DNA of 64,000 nt from Octopus vulgaris (GCA_951406725.2 OX597817.1:104656001-104720000); one strand, 5' to 3'; shown: positions 25,986 through 39,851, numbered from the stretch's first letter. Notes: generated by a model from the sequence alone, not told the origin. A program made the numbers and translations.

Positions 25986-28934
25986 TTTATATTATCTAAA
26001 TAAATCTAGCTGTAATGACAATTATTGTATATTAACTTAGATATTACAACAAAATAACAATTGCTATTGAAAAGAAATGTCTTTTGGAGAAACAAAGATT
26101 TTACTTAATGACTGTCTGGTTAAGAAGCTCACCTAGCAACAATGTGGTTTCAAGTTCTATCCTACTTTGTGGCACTTTGAGCATGTGCCTTCTTCTATAG
26201 CCTCGAGCTGAGTATTGCCTTCTGAATGAATTTAGTAGATGGAAACTGTCAAGAAGCCTGTCAAGGCATGGTCGTGTGCTTAAGAAGCTTGCTTTGCTAC
26301 CACATGGTTTTAGGTTCAGTCGCACTGTGCGACTCCTTGCGCAAATGTCTCCTCCTGTAGCCATGGGCAGCCCAAAGCTTTGAGTGAATTTGGTAGATGG
26401 TAACTGTGGAAGCCCATAGTATAAATATATGTATGCATGTATGTCTGTCCACTACTGCTTGACAACTGGAGTTTGTTTACATCCACATAATTTAGCAGTT
26501 CAGCAAGAGGCTGATAGAATAAATATCAAACTTAAAAAAATACACTGAGGTGGAGTTGTTTGACTAAGCCCTCAAAGCAGTACAATGACTAAACAAGTAA
26601 AAGAAGGTCGCACTTATTTGTCCCACTCTACTATGCAGTTCAAACTAACATGGCTCATATTTTATTTGTAATATATTAATTACAGAATGTACTTATATGC
26701 ATGTCATCACATACACAGTGTTCTTTAATATTTAAATTTCCTAGATCAGGAATGAGAAGAAAACTGGCAAGACTGAAGAGTAATGGTATATCAGAGTGCA
26801 GACTTCCCAATATGGAAAACATTTTTGTTAGATTGGTCTGGAGGAAGAGGCTCTGCCTATGCCTTTTGCAGTTTTTTTAAGACCAGTGAGACTGATGCCA
26901 TTAACATTCATCTTGAACAGTAGCAAGCCAATGGCTGCAGGAGATATATGTGCTAAGAGGGAATTTCAGAGGACTGACACCCCAGAGAGGAAGGACTAGT
27001 CATAAAGGTTAGTCCAGACATGGGAAGCTGAAAGCAACATGGATGGAGAGAGAGACAAGTTAGCTGGAAGTACTTGACAAGAGATGGTACAAGACTAGCC
27101 AGCTGCGAGGAGCGGGGGCTTATGTAGCACCAACAGAAAAGGTAGGAAGAGAAGACAGTATGTTTGTGGACCAGAGATCGGTATGTGTTTGAGAGCAATT
27201 TCATGCCAACCAGTTAAGTGGTCTTTCCTTGAATGTCAGAAGCACTATCTAAAATGTTGAAGCAATACTTAATAGTAGGTCTCACCTGAGCTTTATAGAA
27301 AGTTAATAGTTATCAGGGAATAGTAGTCTGGTTTTGAAGACAAAGGTCTGGCTATGTAATGCAGTTTTTGTTCTGCTAAGGATGAACATTCACCAAGAGA
27401 GTTCCTCGGTTTTTGTAAGGCCCAGTTCTAGTTCAGTGTTGTTAGCCTTGGAGATGGGAGTGATTATTCTCTTATTTTTACAGTTGGCTATTTCCACAGT
27501 ATTGTCTCAAATATTAGTTGTTCAGCCCTGCATAAAGCATATCTATGATCAAAGATATACTAACCATGACAATCCCATCTTTTTTTGCAAAGTACAGTGC
27601 TCCCAAGCCAACATTTTCCAGATAGTGATGTTAGCTACTATTTCTTGCAAATTGAATACCCACATAAAGGCTCCTTGCAGAAAGTCTTTGAGTAAGCCTT
27701 TATAAGGGGGTCATGAGGCATTTAACCTACATTTCATAGACAACCTAAAAATCATAGATTCCACTTAGTTCAGTTCGTGTAACTGAATACTAAACAATGT
27801 CTAATTCCAGAATTAGTCATTTGCTAAAGTAAACAAATCAGTTCAAAAGATACTGTTGTGTAAAATAATTTGCTCAGACAAATTGTTGAATTTTCCCAAC
27901 AAATCTACACCTGCCAACAAGAGAGAATTGACAGCTGGTCCTATCTGTCAAAATCCTAACTTTTCTATCATAACAAAATAGTATATAATTAACCAATTTC
28001 TCAAAACTAATTCATTTGATCAGAACAGTGGAGAAAATGGTGACAGTAGTGGAAATCAATGCTGTTTTCAGTAACAACATTTTACATTCCAAGTTCAAAT
28101 ACTGAGTCAAATTTGCTCTTCATCCCTCCTGAACTTATCTGAAGTACTAGTCTTGAACTGAGTTGATTCAATTAACTATATCCATCCTCCTATAATTTGA
28201 GCTGTTGTGAAAAACCAATATTATACACGATCAAATTGTATACTACCTTTTGTTATTCTAAGTTCTATGTTCACTGTACGTACAGGTATAAACTGTCAAA
28301 TATGAATAACTTAATAAACTGTAGCAGTAAGATGACCTAAGAACCAATTTTAATTATATCGAAGATACAGTTGACTTAAGGCAGCTCACCGACATGTCTA
28401 CAAGAAGTATATAAAAATTTAAAACTTACTAACCTTTTCATTATATATTTTAAAATTGATATATTCTTTTACCTAAATATATTCTCAGTCTGAAAGTAGG
28501 TTGAATGTTTTCCAGAAAACAAAATAAACTCACATTGAATATTCAAATGAATAAAAAAAAAACTAGATCAAATGAAATGTAGCTGTTAATGTGGTGAATC
28601 AAACACCTCAATGGAATGCAAAAGATTTCTCCTCTAGGCGATAGAAGTCAGTCTTCACTGAAACCTCTCCGGCTTGTAACTCACTAACTACATGATAGTT
28701 TTAACTGGGGGAAAACGGAGCTCTATCAAGTTCAATACTGGCATAATAACATTGGGTCCAAAATAAATTAAGAAATAGGGTAGCAAATTTCACAAGACCG
28801 CTGAATAAACTATATTTATAAGAAACTTAAACTTAGTAAATACAGTTTTATTACGTCATCAAAAGTTTTTAATTTAATGTTAATCACTAATAAAAGATTC
28901 ATAATACAACACTATGAGGATACTAATTGTGTGA

Positions 28935-28988
<54 letters not shown>

Positions 28989-30686
28989 ATATGTATGTAT
29001 GTATATATATATATAGCTTTTCCGGAGAAATAGGTCATAAACACAGCCACCGATCTCCGGGCTAATTTTCAAGTTAGAAAATGGTGGATAATAGCAGAAT
29101 TAGATTGTTCAAAGACAACCGAGAGTATGAATCTAATAATTAACTAATAGTAATAGGAAACCTCCAGACTCCTATATTACTACATACTAATTATCCAGAC
29201 TCCATTACACAGATGGTTACAGTATAAATAAACAGGTGAAGTTCGAAAATTTTCAAGAGAACCAATATGAAAAGAGGCAACGGAAGCTTCAATGAGTACA
29301 CTACCAAAGACTTACGAAAATATTAAACATGGAGAAAATAAGCAATAGGTACAGAGGAAAATAAATTTATTAATGGGTAGAAGACAAAACCAGCAGGTAG
29401 AAATATCAATTTTGTGAGTCTCCACCGCATAACCAGAAATTGCTTAAAGTCGATACTTTTTGACGAACCACTAGAAAAAATCGTGATCGGAACTTTCTAA
29501 CGTTACTTAATCGATAAATTACAGATTCTTAGTACGGAAAATAATTGAAAAAATATATATATATCAGTTGTGAAATGAAGAGTAGAGTACATCGGTCTGC
29601 ATTAGTAGCTGGGTGGAGTCGTGAAGTAATGTAGAACAATAAAAAAAAATTAGATGACTAAAAATAAAACTCCGCTAGTTAGTAGATTGGAAAGAAGAAA
29701 AAGGAGGACAAAAACCCCCACAGAGGAATAAATAGTCTGCTAAAAAAAATTCTTGGAAGAATATAGAAGAATCATTTTCTTTAAAAGAACGTTAAGAGGC
29801 AGGATGAAGCAAGTAGACACAGGTAGCAGGCCTTGACATTGCAGTACTGTAGAAGAAGCACTGAAGGAATGTTATTCATCATACTGGAGAAATGGCTTAA
29901 GCTATCGCAACCGACCTTATCTTGTTACTGGAGATTTTTTTTTTATTCGTGGCTGCTGCTTCGATAATTTTATATAGCAGAAAGCTGTGGTTACACTAGA
30001 GAAATCGTAAGATACTATTAAGACTATGAAAGATTCGGCTTAACTATAAACAAAAATTCTGACGTTTTATTTAATCTAAGGAAGTCATTTCCGGATATAT
30101 AAATAAAAAAACAAAACAAAAAAAATGATAACGAAAATATTTATAAAAAATGTCAAAACATTTATAAATATGGTGAAAACACGGCTAAATCTTTAGATTT
30201 TATACTAAATTACATTCAAGAAAGAGAAATTATTGTAAGATTTAAATGTAGACGAAGCCGATAGTAGCATTGTCGGAATTTCATAAGAACCATGGTTAAG
30301 AGGAATGGTCGTTTTTGTATGAAGAAAGTAGCAGCCAGTGCAATGAGAGAAAAAAAAAAAGGCACGTGCAAATAACTCGAATATAAATATCCATATTGAT
30401 AAGCAGGTGTACAGGCCTTCGAATGGGTGGAGTTTCTCACCATTCAACAGATGGCATAATCTTAAGGTGATCAACCAGAAAATTATTTTAATACGGGCAG
30501 TATGTGAGATAAATTTGAAATCAAACAACCACTTCAAATTGTATTCTCTAGATGAGACATTATATTAGAGACCGATTTAAAATAATGGTGAAGAAAATCC
30601 AAGTGAACAATATTACCTAAAGTGGTTAAATATTTGTTTACAAATTAGGAAGGAAATGAAAATAAATGAAACTGTACTCCACTTAC

Positions 30687-30725
30687 CTGAAAATCTACTA
30701 ACATATCCTCTGTGCTAGCAGCCCC
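30687..30725 (-). CDS. RPS6KA3: RSK exon 2 (39-nt microexon): GAASTEDMLVDFQ
   Basis: Polypyrimidine acceptor TTTTCAATCTTTTAG|, 13 open codons, consensus donor CAG|GTAAGT. Phase 0 at both ends, joining exon 1 to exon 3 in frame. Confidence 0.75.
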
Positions 30726-31367
30726 CTAAAAGATTGAAAAAGATCTTGTGTCAACATCACGAAACAAAATGTCAACAGAATTAGAAATAAACGTTCAAGT
30801 TTATTTAGACAGGGAACGAACAATTGTTTATATGCGATAATTTACCATCATCAACACTTGGGGAATTGGGAAATCTTTATTTCAAATTAATTCATTTAAT
30901 AATAAATACATTTTCAGAGAACTTTATTACAAATTAATTGTATGCAATGGAATGTGTAAATAATGCTAGGCTAAAGAGAAAGAATTTATTAAAGAAACGT
31001 GCGTCAAATATATTTTTAAAGATGAATAGGGTTTAGATCCTTCTTATTTGGGTTCAGATCTAAAGAAACAGTTGTTAATAAAAGCGAACAATATTTCCTA
31101 GCATATACATACATACACGTGTTTGAGTCTATAATAACATAGGCGTCTCCAGCTTTGTCAAATGAAAGAAAAAATATACACAAATTTCATATACAACATA
31201 TAATGCAGGTTTTCAAAGCAGAATATTAATGGTAGATCTAAAAACGGGGGTTTTCTATCATGTAGATGTTTAAAATAATGATTTAAAACAACTTTATTTA
31301 GAGTTAGAATAAAGTTTCAAGTGAAAGAGAGGGAGGGGTAGGAAGAGGAAATGTTAGAAAGTAATAC

Positions 31368-31427
31368 CTCAGTCTCTTGCGCCACCTCCATACGCTTCCA
31401 TGGGTCTGCTAGCGGAGCCAGCGGCAT
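31368..31427 (-). CDS. RPS6KA3: p90 ribosomal S6 kinase (RSK), coding exon 1: MPLAPLADPWKRMEVAQETE
   Basis: Minus strand AAAATGCCG start, 20 codons, then GAG|GTATTA donor (phase 0). Peptide closely resembles the vertebrate RSK2 N-terminus (MPLAQLADPWQKM). Symbol means RPS6KA-family homolog; exact paralog not resolvable. Confidence 0.9.
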
Positions 31428-31680
31428 TTTGGGGCTAAAAAGCGGAATCTTGACAACAGAATAAGTTTGGGGAGGGGGGTACGTCAAATATTTCCAATAA
31501 GAGACGACAAATTCGCTCCACCTCAAACCACCTCTGCCACTTTGTGCAGTATTTCTCGACAAGTCCGATCATAAAATGGCGTCTACAGCCAGACCACAAC
31601 GAGGCTTTGGTTTCAGCAGAAGCGTGACGTATATTATCTAAACACCAGCAGCAGCAGCAGCTGATTATACTGGAATTTAG
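31428..31680 (-). promoter_or_regulatory. RSK 5' UTR / CpG-retaining promoter region with YY1-like (AAAATGGCG, ~31573) and CRE-like (TGACGT) motifs
   Basis: Local GC and CpG enrichment directly upstream of the ATG, TE-free, bounded by a (CATA)n microsatellite. TSS not determinable. Confidence 0.5.
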
Positions 31681-31923
31681 ATAGTAGTTGAACTGTACTT
31701 TATACATACATATACGCACACATACATGCATGCATACATACATACATACATACATACATACATACATACATACATACATACATGCATGCATGCATGCATG
31801 CACGCACGCACGCACGCACGCACAACACACGCAAACACATACATCAATTTTGAGCTCCCGTATTAACCAAGCTCTTTACAAATTCCATTCTATTCTCTTA
31901 TCATCCCTTCCAATTGAGATTTG

Positions 31924-31991
<68 letters not shown>

Positions 31992-33055
31992 CGTAGTTTA
32001 ATGTAAAAAGACAATAAGTCCAATCTGTGGACAATATTTTCAGTAGTCTGTTTGTAAACTCTGGTCTAAATGTGGTATATTTCTAAAATAAAGCATTCTT
32101 GCATTAGTTATCCGTTATCACCTATACACCAATAGGATTGTTCAAAATACACAAGTTTACCTCTTTTTTCTTTTTTTAGACTGAAATCACAAATCTAAAT
32201 TTAAATCAAGTGCTTTCTGATTATAGTCTGATTTATAAAATATTAGTTTAAGATTGTTCAGCATTTAGAAAATTATCATGTTTATAGCCAAGAGAAAGAC
32301 AGATTTTATCTTTTATCTAGGCAAATCTTTCAAGAGATATATAAAAGATGAGGAACAAAGAAAATAGAGAAGGTAATATCTCAGGTGAACTGGCAGTTCA
32401 AAGACTGTTTAGATGAATATATAAACTATGTTACTAGGTGACCTACATAGTTCTGAAAGAGAAAGAAGTAAAATTTTTAAATATCTCAAACCCAAAATTA
32501 GCAGATCGAGTTTGGAGGATTACTGCATATGTTAATAACAAAGAGCTTCTGTATTATACCAAGAGCAAGGTCATATGAGATGTATGATATGACATGTATG
32601 AAATGAGACCTACTGCTATAATCAGGAAAGTATTAATTAGTTATAGCAATTTTGGTTGTTGCTGAAGTTGTTATTTCACTCCAAAGTCAACCCCCCCCCC
32701 CACCGATCATATAGACCTATGACCAAAGGTTTTCCAGCTGTGACCATCCTACCTTTTTTATTTCTTTTCTTTTCTCAAGTATAGCACACACTGAACTTCA
32801 TTTAGCCAATATGTCTTTCCTTCAAAAGGCAGCGAGCTGACAGAATCATTGCTGTACCAGGCAAAATGTTTCACAGTGTTCCATCTTCCTTTATGTTCTC
32901 AGTTCAAATTCCACCAAGGTCATCTTCACCTTTCATCCTTTTGGGGGTTAATAAAATAAGTACCAGTTGAAACCTGGGGTTGATCTAATCAATTTACCCT
33001 CTACCCCAAAAATTGCTGGCCTTGTGCCAAAACTTGAAACCAATGTTTTTTTCTT

Positions 33056-33247
33056 CAGTTCTATATTTAAGAGATGAGGAATTATGTACTTTATTTACAT
33101 TATTTACATTTGACGGATATTTATCCTCATCTTGTTTGTTGTTAACACAATGTTTTGGCTGATATGCACTCCAGCCTTCATCAGGTGTCTTAGGGAAATT
33201 TCGAACCTGGGATCTCATTCCTAAGGTATTTTTTGATGTTGTTATTA

Positions 33248-33284
<37 letters not shown>

Positions 33285-33455
33285 CAATATTATTTTCAGG
33301 TCACTGCTTGGAGTCAAACTTGGAATCTTAGGGTTAGTAGCCCGCACTCTTAACCACTACGCCATATGCCTGTGGGCATATGGCGTAGTGGTTAAGGCAT
33401 AAGGCTGGAGGGTATATCAGTTGAAACGTCAAATGTAAATAATGGTAAATAATGT
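33056..33455 (-). mobile_element. tRNA-headed SINE carrying a hammerhead motif, with an inverted deleted second copy
   Basis: Minus strand: tRNA-like head 33370-33297 (A box TGGCGTAGTGG, B box-like GTTTGACTC), (AAT)n linker, second B box-like GGTTCGAAA, HHR motif 33189-33144, AT-rich tail. Plus-strand partial copy at 33375-33455. Confidence 0.75.
33144..33189 (-). ncRNA. Hammerhead ribozyme motif, probably inactivated
   Basis: GACAC-CUGAUGA-A-GGCUG(10 nt)CAGCC-AAAA-C-AUU-GUGUU. Stems I and II pair; G12 and G16.2 read A, both consistent with CpG decay. The sister copy at ~33423 keeps GAAACGU. Confidence 0.65.
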
Positions 33456-35587
33456 TTTTCCTTCTTTAAAAGATGATAAAGTGATTTATAGACTTGGTGG
33501 CTAGTTGTAGCAAGTCAAAAAACCACATAGAATATTCATTGTTAGCTAGTCTTAATTATTAACTAATTAAGTAATAAATGTTTTAACTGATACAATTAAA
33601 AAACAATTACTTCATTCATGAAAAGATGTTTTATTTAATTCCTGTTTAATAACGTAAATATAAATGTTAAGTCATGCAAATATGGGAATTTGGGTGATCT
33701 TTGTTGATGATAATATTGATGATGACATTGACCATTATGAACAAGATGATTATTATTATCATCATCTTCATTTCAAGCATTGTTATGACATTATAGCTGC
33801 TACAACTAACAATAATAATAATAATGATTAAGAAATTTCCATGAATGATAATAATGATGATAGCCATTATTCATTATGTTTCCAAGAGGAGACAGAACGG
33901 AGTAATTCTGTCTGCATAAGGAAACAGAATATCAAGTCTACCTTCAAGCTAAAATATATATAAAAAGAGGAGTGTCTTTTATTACTGTAGATAATAGAGA
34001 AAGCAAATAATTGATATACATTTCATTGGTGTACAGAGCTGTGCTTCAAAGTCCCCAATGGATAAAGCACTACAGGAAAGAAAACAGACACACAAAGAAA
34101 TAAAACTTCCGCCTACATTTGAGAAATTTCATCTCATTGTGATACTGTCATATGACCTTTTATTTTATTTTATTTTTGCATAGACTTTATTGACCAGAGG
34201 TTCTAAAATACAGCTTCATATCTCAACAACTGGTACTTTTCTTCATGGTCAGATGATACTTCAGCTACCAACTAATATCAACACTCTACAAAGCTCAAGT
34301 GAAACTCAAAATGAAATAAGTATTACTCTCATAATTGGGACAGCACTGCTGCTGCTGCTAATGCACACAGATGTCCTGGACCGCAACCAAAACAAGACCA
34401 CTTGACAGATTGGTATAAAGTCACTCACTAACATGCCTCATCCTCTGGCCTACTGACATGCTGTCTACTTTCTCAGTCTTTCTGCTGCTACTATATTAAC
34501 CTCTGTTCCTTGGAGCTGGTTAGACTCATGCCACCTCCCCTCAGGCATTCTTAATTGATTTGTATCTCCACCTTTCATCATTCTGTTAGTGTTCAATCCT
34601 TCAGGTATTGCACTAATCCGCTACACCCGGTCCTTCCTTCACAAAATGTTACTCGTCTGGGATTCCCCCCCTTTCACATGTCTTTCCTGTGGGTGTTGAC
34701 TTGCAAAGTTTCAAGAAGAACATTAATGGTATCAATTCAATCTTTCTAGAAGGACCTGCAATGGCCATGGGCACTGAACTTTCCTCCAGATTCAGCAAAT
34801 TAAAAAACACAAAATCATCACACTAAAGTAACAAAGTACATTTTGCTCACTCAAATTAGTGTCCATAAAGTGTCAGTATACCATCTCCTTTATTTGTATG
34901 TATCTCACTTGCCACATGAGAATCTTAGATATTTTTGTAGCCGTATAAAGATCATTTCCTGTTTATTTCATATTTTTCATTTAACATAGTTTTCACACTG
35001 AAATTTTCCATGCTATTACAATTTTAAAAACACCTACAACATACTAACAGTAGCAGATGTTAAGTAAATGGTTGAGACTCTTAATTATAAACATTTAATT
35101 AAAGGTAATTTGACACTTTATAAACATGAATCTGAAATAGAGAAAAAGTTCCAAATAATTATTTATATAGACATTAGGAGACATGAATATAAAATATTGC
35201 TTCATTGTTTAGGTATGTTGGTAAAAAACTGGGTGAGTAGTTATATTGTTGGATAGCTTGTGTTGTAGCATTTACTCAGTACTTTGAATGGTGCTGAGGT
35301 CAACTTTGCTTCATCCTTTGGGAGGAGGGAGTCAATAAAAAAAAATTCCAGTCTATGCAGTGAATTGTCAGAATTGTTAAAATGTTAGTTGAGATGCCTT
35401 GCAGCATCTAATCCAGACATTGGAATTCTGAGCTTGAACTCCATCCCCACACATACTGAAAGGTGTCTAGGTAAACTACAACAATTAACAGTACTAGCAT
35501 CTCTCTGCAATCATACAGACCTCCAATTGTTTTAACAAAGTTGTGACATGCATGCAGAGGATTTTAAGATCAAGTTATTGATTAGAC

Positions 35588-35731
35588 CAGTCATGGGCAA
35601 CTTGTGGTCTGTGAGACTTTCTGAATGCCATGCTTGATTGAAAATTACCTTGAAATATTTAGTAGTATGATTTGTCAGCTGATGAACCATGTCTCATGCA
35701 ACCTACTTCTTGGAAAAGGTTGCCCATGCTT
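35588..35731. mobile_element. Short hAT-like MITE
   Basis: Inverted ends CATGGGCAAC / GTTGCCCATG; TSD not convincing. Confidence 0.5.
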
Positions 35732-36964
35732 GGATATGGCATTTGGCAGCAGGATTTAATACCAAACTGAACAATCAGTGAGAGCATCAAAGATCACAAA
35801 ATACTTGCTAGTTATCATCGACAGACTGTGGTTCTGCTAAAATAAATTCTGTGGACTACTGCAAGCTTGTGGAGAAGTGGTGCTACTCTAACTTATTATA
35901 CAACAAAATACTTGCTTCTGGAGAACTCCAGTGAGCCACTTAACAACATAAAAAGAAATAGATACATATACATTCTTTATCAATTTAAGTATAGAATAGT
36001 AACAAATGTAAATGTTTTTTTCTCTTCTTTTTTGTTTTTATTTTAAGAGAAATAATCCAGACTTGTTTACTTTATTTATAAACCACACCTACATCTTTGA
36101 CAAAACAGTGGGAAATGATTCTCTTGCAAAATAGCAGACCCATCCTTTACATACACAATGAACGTGCGTATCCATTTGTAAGCATATGTATATGTGTGTA
36201 TGTGTATGTTTGTGTGTGTGTGTGTGTGTGCGTGTGTGTACATATTTTCTCATATGTTTATATATGTGAATATGCATGGGAGACTAATTGCATTATTATT
36301 TACTTAGATATAAAATTGAAATAAACTATCTACTTTCTAATTGCTTATCCATGAATAATTATTTTATAACATCACATTGCAATTTTAGACACTTATCTAA
36401 ACTATAAATTAATTCTAATCTGGAACATTTATGTACGCATTCATAACTATTAAGTTAATAACAAAGATTTCTTACTCAGGTACAAGGCTGCAAAAGTCTG
36501 AAGGAGCAGATGTAATTAACTGAACTCATCTCAGTCCGTGCCAGGTGCTTATTTTATCAGAGTTAGAGAAATGAAAGACAAAATTTGCTGACATGGATTG
36601 AACTTAAATTATTGAGAGACAAAACTTAACACTGTTAACTGATTAGTCCAGTGCCTTACTCTTCACTTCATTTTTTCTATATTTAACGAATAGAATAAAT
36701 ACATAAATGAATATTATTATACATGCATGAATATTCTTATGTATACGCACATCAATATTCTTGCACATGTATATACATATTCACATGCATACTCACATGC
36801 CTGTTCTTGCACTCACACACATGCATATTTTTGTATGCATGCACACACACACACACATAGATGTAGACATAGCTATAGTATTTGTTTATAAATGCATATT
36901 CTCATATATTTGCATACATACAGACAGACATGCATGCATGCATACATACATAATTTCCACATAA

Positions 36965-38215
36965 ACAGTGATGTAGACCGCCTCTACCTAAAAGCGGCAG
37001 GGCCTTATCATCGATCCAAAATCCTTTGAATGTCACATCATACCCCTTCAGCAACACCTTTTAACCACCAAGTGTCAAAGTGCATCACTTGACCAAGTTT
37101 GCATACATGAAGCTGATGACATCATAAGACTTGGAAGGCAGCTCTCTGAGCAACACTTTTTGTTTGATAACCTAGAATACATATCCAAAGAAGTCGCACG
37201 ACTCTACCACAATATATCATCAGATGAAAGGATGACCCTATATGAGCAGAAGACTATACATGGATAAGTTACTAGAAAGCTCCATGATGATAGTAACATC
37301 AATCATCAAAGCAGTTTATCATGGACCAATAGCCGGATTACTACCTCCCACCTTGAAGGGTATGCATTTGCAATCCAGGAACAGGAAATATCAACCAAGT
37401 ACCTGAGGCACAAAAGGGATAGAGATGCAGGTAAAGCCATAAAGTGTGACAACTGATGCAGACTTCGTGGAGCTCACACTGAAGATATCACCCACATCAA
37501 AAGTAGTTGTCCAAAAATATCATCACGGTATTATCTACCAATGAGACATGACATTGTAGCTAGGACACTCTATAATGAAATCCGTCAGAAGGATAATCCC
37601 AAGCACAAAGAAATAAGAAGCTATCAGCACTCATAATAAAATTGTACCAGTGAAGACCTCAATAAAATGTAAGCACAACAAACCTGATATAATGATTTCA
37701 GATAGAGAAGAAAAACTGTGCACAGTTATGGAAATTAGCTGCCCAGCAGATGTTAACATGAAGCTAAAGATCAGTGGAAAAGAGAACACCTATGCTGAAC
37801 TGTTGAGAAATCTGCAGTTACTCTATCCAGATTACAAGTCCAGGGTTATACCTGTAATTATTGGGGTCCTGGGATATGTAACACATTATCTAAATACCAA
37901 TCTTGAGAAATTAGGCTTCTTAAAACCAGAAAGGAGAAAGCTAATTTGAAAACTACATATTCAATCCATCACTGGAACTGTAAAAAGCTGTAAAACTTTC
38001 CAGAAGTTTACCATTTAAATATATATGAGCAAGTCTAGATATGCAACTATATGCATGAGAATACATACAAAAACATACAAATCTGCAAATACATACATAC
38101 AAAACAAAAATACCCTCTTGTTGATGTTGAAATTCCAATGAAGGAGCCTTGGATCTAGGTTAGAAATTGGTTCTTTCTCTATTGGCAAGAAATCTTGAAA
38201 TAAACTGAATAATGA
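36965..38215 (+). mobile_element. 3' fragment of restriction-like endonuclease (R4/Dong/NeSL-type) LINE
   Basis: GGRGL-like start, AIQEQEISTKY, CCHC remnant, MRHD, KPDIMI..D..MEISCP..K RLE motif. Ends at a (CATA)n tract. Confidence 0.8.
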
Positions 38216-39003
38216 CATACATACATACATACATACATACATACATACATACATACATACATACACGCATACATATATGTTACATCCTGTAACGAGACAG
38301 TATTAGTTTAGTATGGGCCTCCAAGAACATTTTCGCATATGCCTTGTTAATTTCTTACTATCAATACAAGACGTAATGGCCAGTACAGCTACTGTTAGTT
38401 CATCTTCTAAGCCAGCTTACAGAATCTCTCTACTTATACTCTTTACAGTATATAAAACTCAATTTCAGTACAGTTTTAGTTATTATGTGGTAAAAACCAC
38501 TTAAAAAAAAAAACCTATCCCTTTGTAATAGCTTATTATATTATAGATGTTTGGTATTATATCATTAAAAGATTTTTTTCTTCTGTTGTGACTGCTATTG
38601 TTGACCTACTAAAAGTGCTTCTGACCTATTTTCAAATGATACCCAACATTTTGGCATCTTCACTATGTCTTGAGCTGGAAATACACAAATACTCATTAAC
38701 ATATACATTCTACTTTAACAACAGATTCTCATTCACACCCATGCTTACTGGCTCACTTAATTGCTAAATAAAGCAGAACTACAAATGTCTAGGAAAACAG
38801 AGATTCTCTTAACAAGAATACAGAATAACACATTCACATTTGACACTTCCAGCCAATCAAGGGAACAGTGAAGATATGTAAAAGTTTTCAGAATACTTGG
38901 ACTTATTAGGTGTGACAAATATCTATCTATATATCTGTCTGTCTGTCTCCATGTACATATGAATGAATATTTATATGAATGTATGTGCATATATACATAC
39001 ATG

Positions 39004-39006
<3 letters not shown>

Positions 39007-39097
<91 letters not shown>
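39007..39097. repeat. (CA)n microsatellite, one of many (also (TA)n 63611-63705, (CATA)n 31720-31785 and 38215-38265, (TG)n 59286-59351, (CT)n 39796-39849)
   Basis: Direct inspection. Confidence 0.98.
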
Positions 39098-39099
<2 letters not shown>

Positions 39100-39309
39100 T
39101 TAATATAAACAGCCAGGTGCAATGTGACACCATAAAGGAAAAAATTAAATCATCATTAACTGTGACTTAGGATGCCGGAGCACCTATATTGCTAGAAATA
39201 AGAGTTAGAATACTCTTAATGGTGTAAGAGGAGTACATAGAGTATATACACATGCTGACAGGGGAAGCAGCCACCCCACAACCACTTTGAGGACATATAT
39301 ATAGAAATT

Positions 39310-39725
39310 TATATATATACATATAAGAAGAACTTTTCCAGAAGTTTTGAGACTTTTCAGGAGAGACATTTATCAATTTCAGAAAGGTACAAAACTCTAA
39401 TCTTCCTGTAAATCCCTCTAACTTCAGTGCACTTGTTGTAAAATTCCAGCCACTTCATGAAGATCTCTGGGAGTCCTTCAAAATGAAGGTTTTCAGGACT
39501 CTTGTCACAACTTCCATTATCTTCTGAATGTCTTCAAAACTACACCTAAATTTCTCCTTCAGCTTGGGGAACAACCAAAAGGACACAGAGAACAAGGTCT
39601 TGACTGTAGGAAGGGTGCGGGACAGTTTTGATGCCTATTTCTGTTCAGTAATTGGTCACCAGGATGGGAGTGCGTATTGGTGCATTGTCCTGATGCAGGT
39701 GTCCCTCACCCAAATGAGAGAGCTC
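39310..39725 (-). mobile_element. Mariner fragment
   Basis: Minus strand HQDNAP.H and P.L.SQDL-like remnants; boundaries approximate. Confidence 0.5.
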
Positions 39726-39793
39726 TGGATTTTATAAGGAAGAGATTCTAAGGAGAAGAGAAAGCATCTGGTAGCACAAAGGAAATGCTTTCA

Positions 39794-39851
<58 letters not shown>

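Noticed and set aside
23900-27480. Old LINE fragments at ~23.9-24.5 kb and ~26.8-27.5 kb
   Set aside because: Composition suggests decayed LINEs, but I could not read diagnostic motifs reliably.
31576-31641. Short plus-strand ORF MASTARPQRGFGFSRSVTYII as a divergent gene
   Set aside because: No strong donor site and no downstream exons found; AAAATGGCG is explained as a YY1-like promoter motif.
33297-33370. Functional tRNA-Ser(ACT) gene
   Set aside because: Acceptor and T stems pair poorly, no long variable arm, embedded in a repeat; better read as a SINE head.
38130-38175. Hammerhead-like motif in the RLE LINE 3' UTR (CCAAUGA..hairpin..GAAA)
   Set aside because: Core lacks CUGA and stem I does not pair.
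38757-39170. ORFs rich in CV/HT/YI repeats here and elsewhere
   Set aside because: Translations of dinucleotide and tetranucleotide microsatellites.
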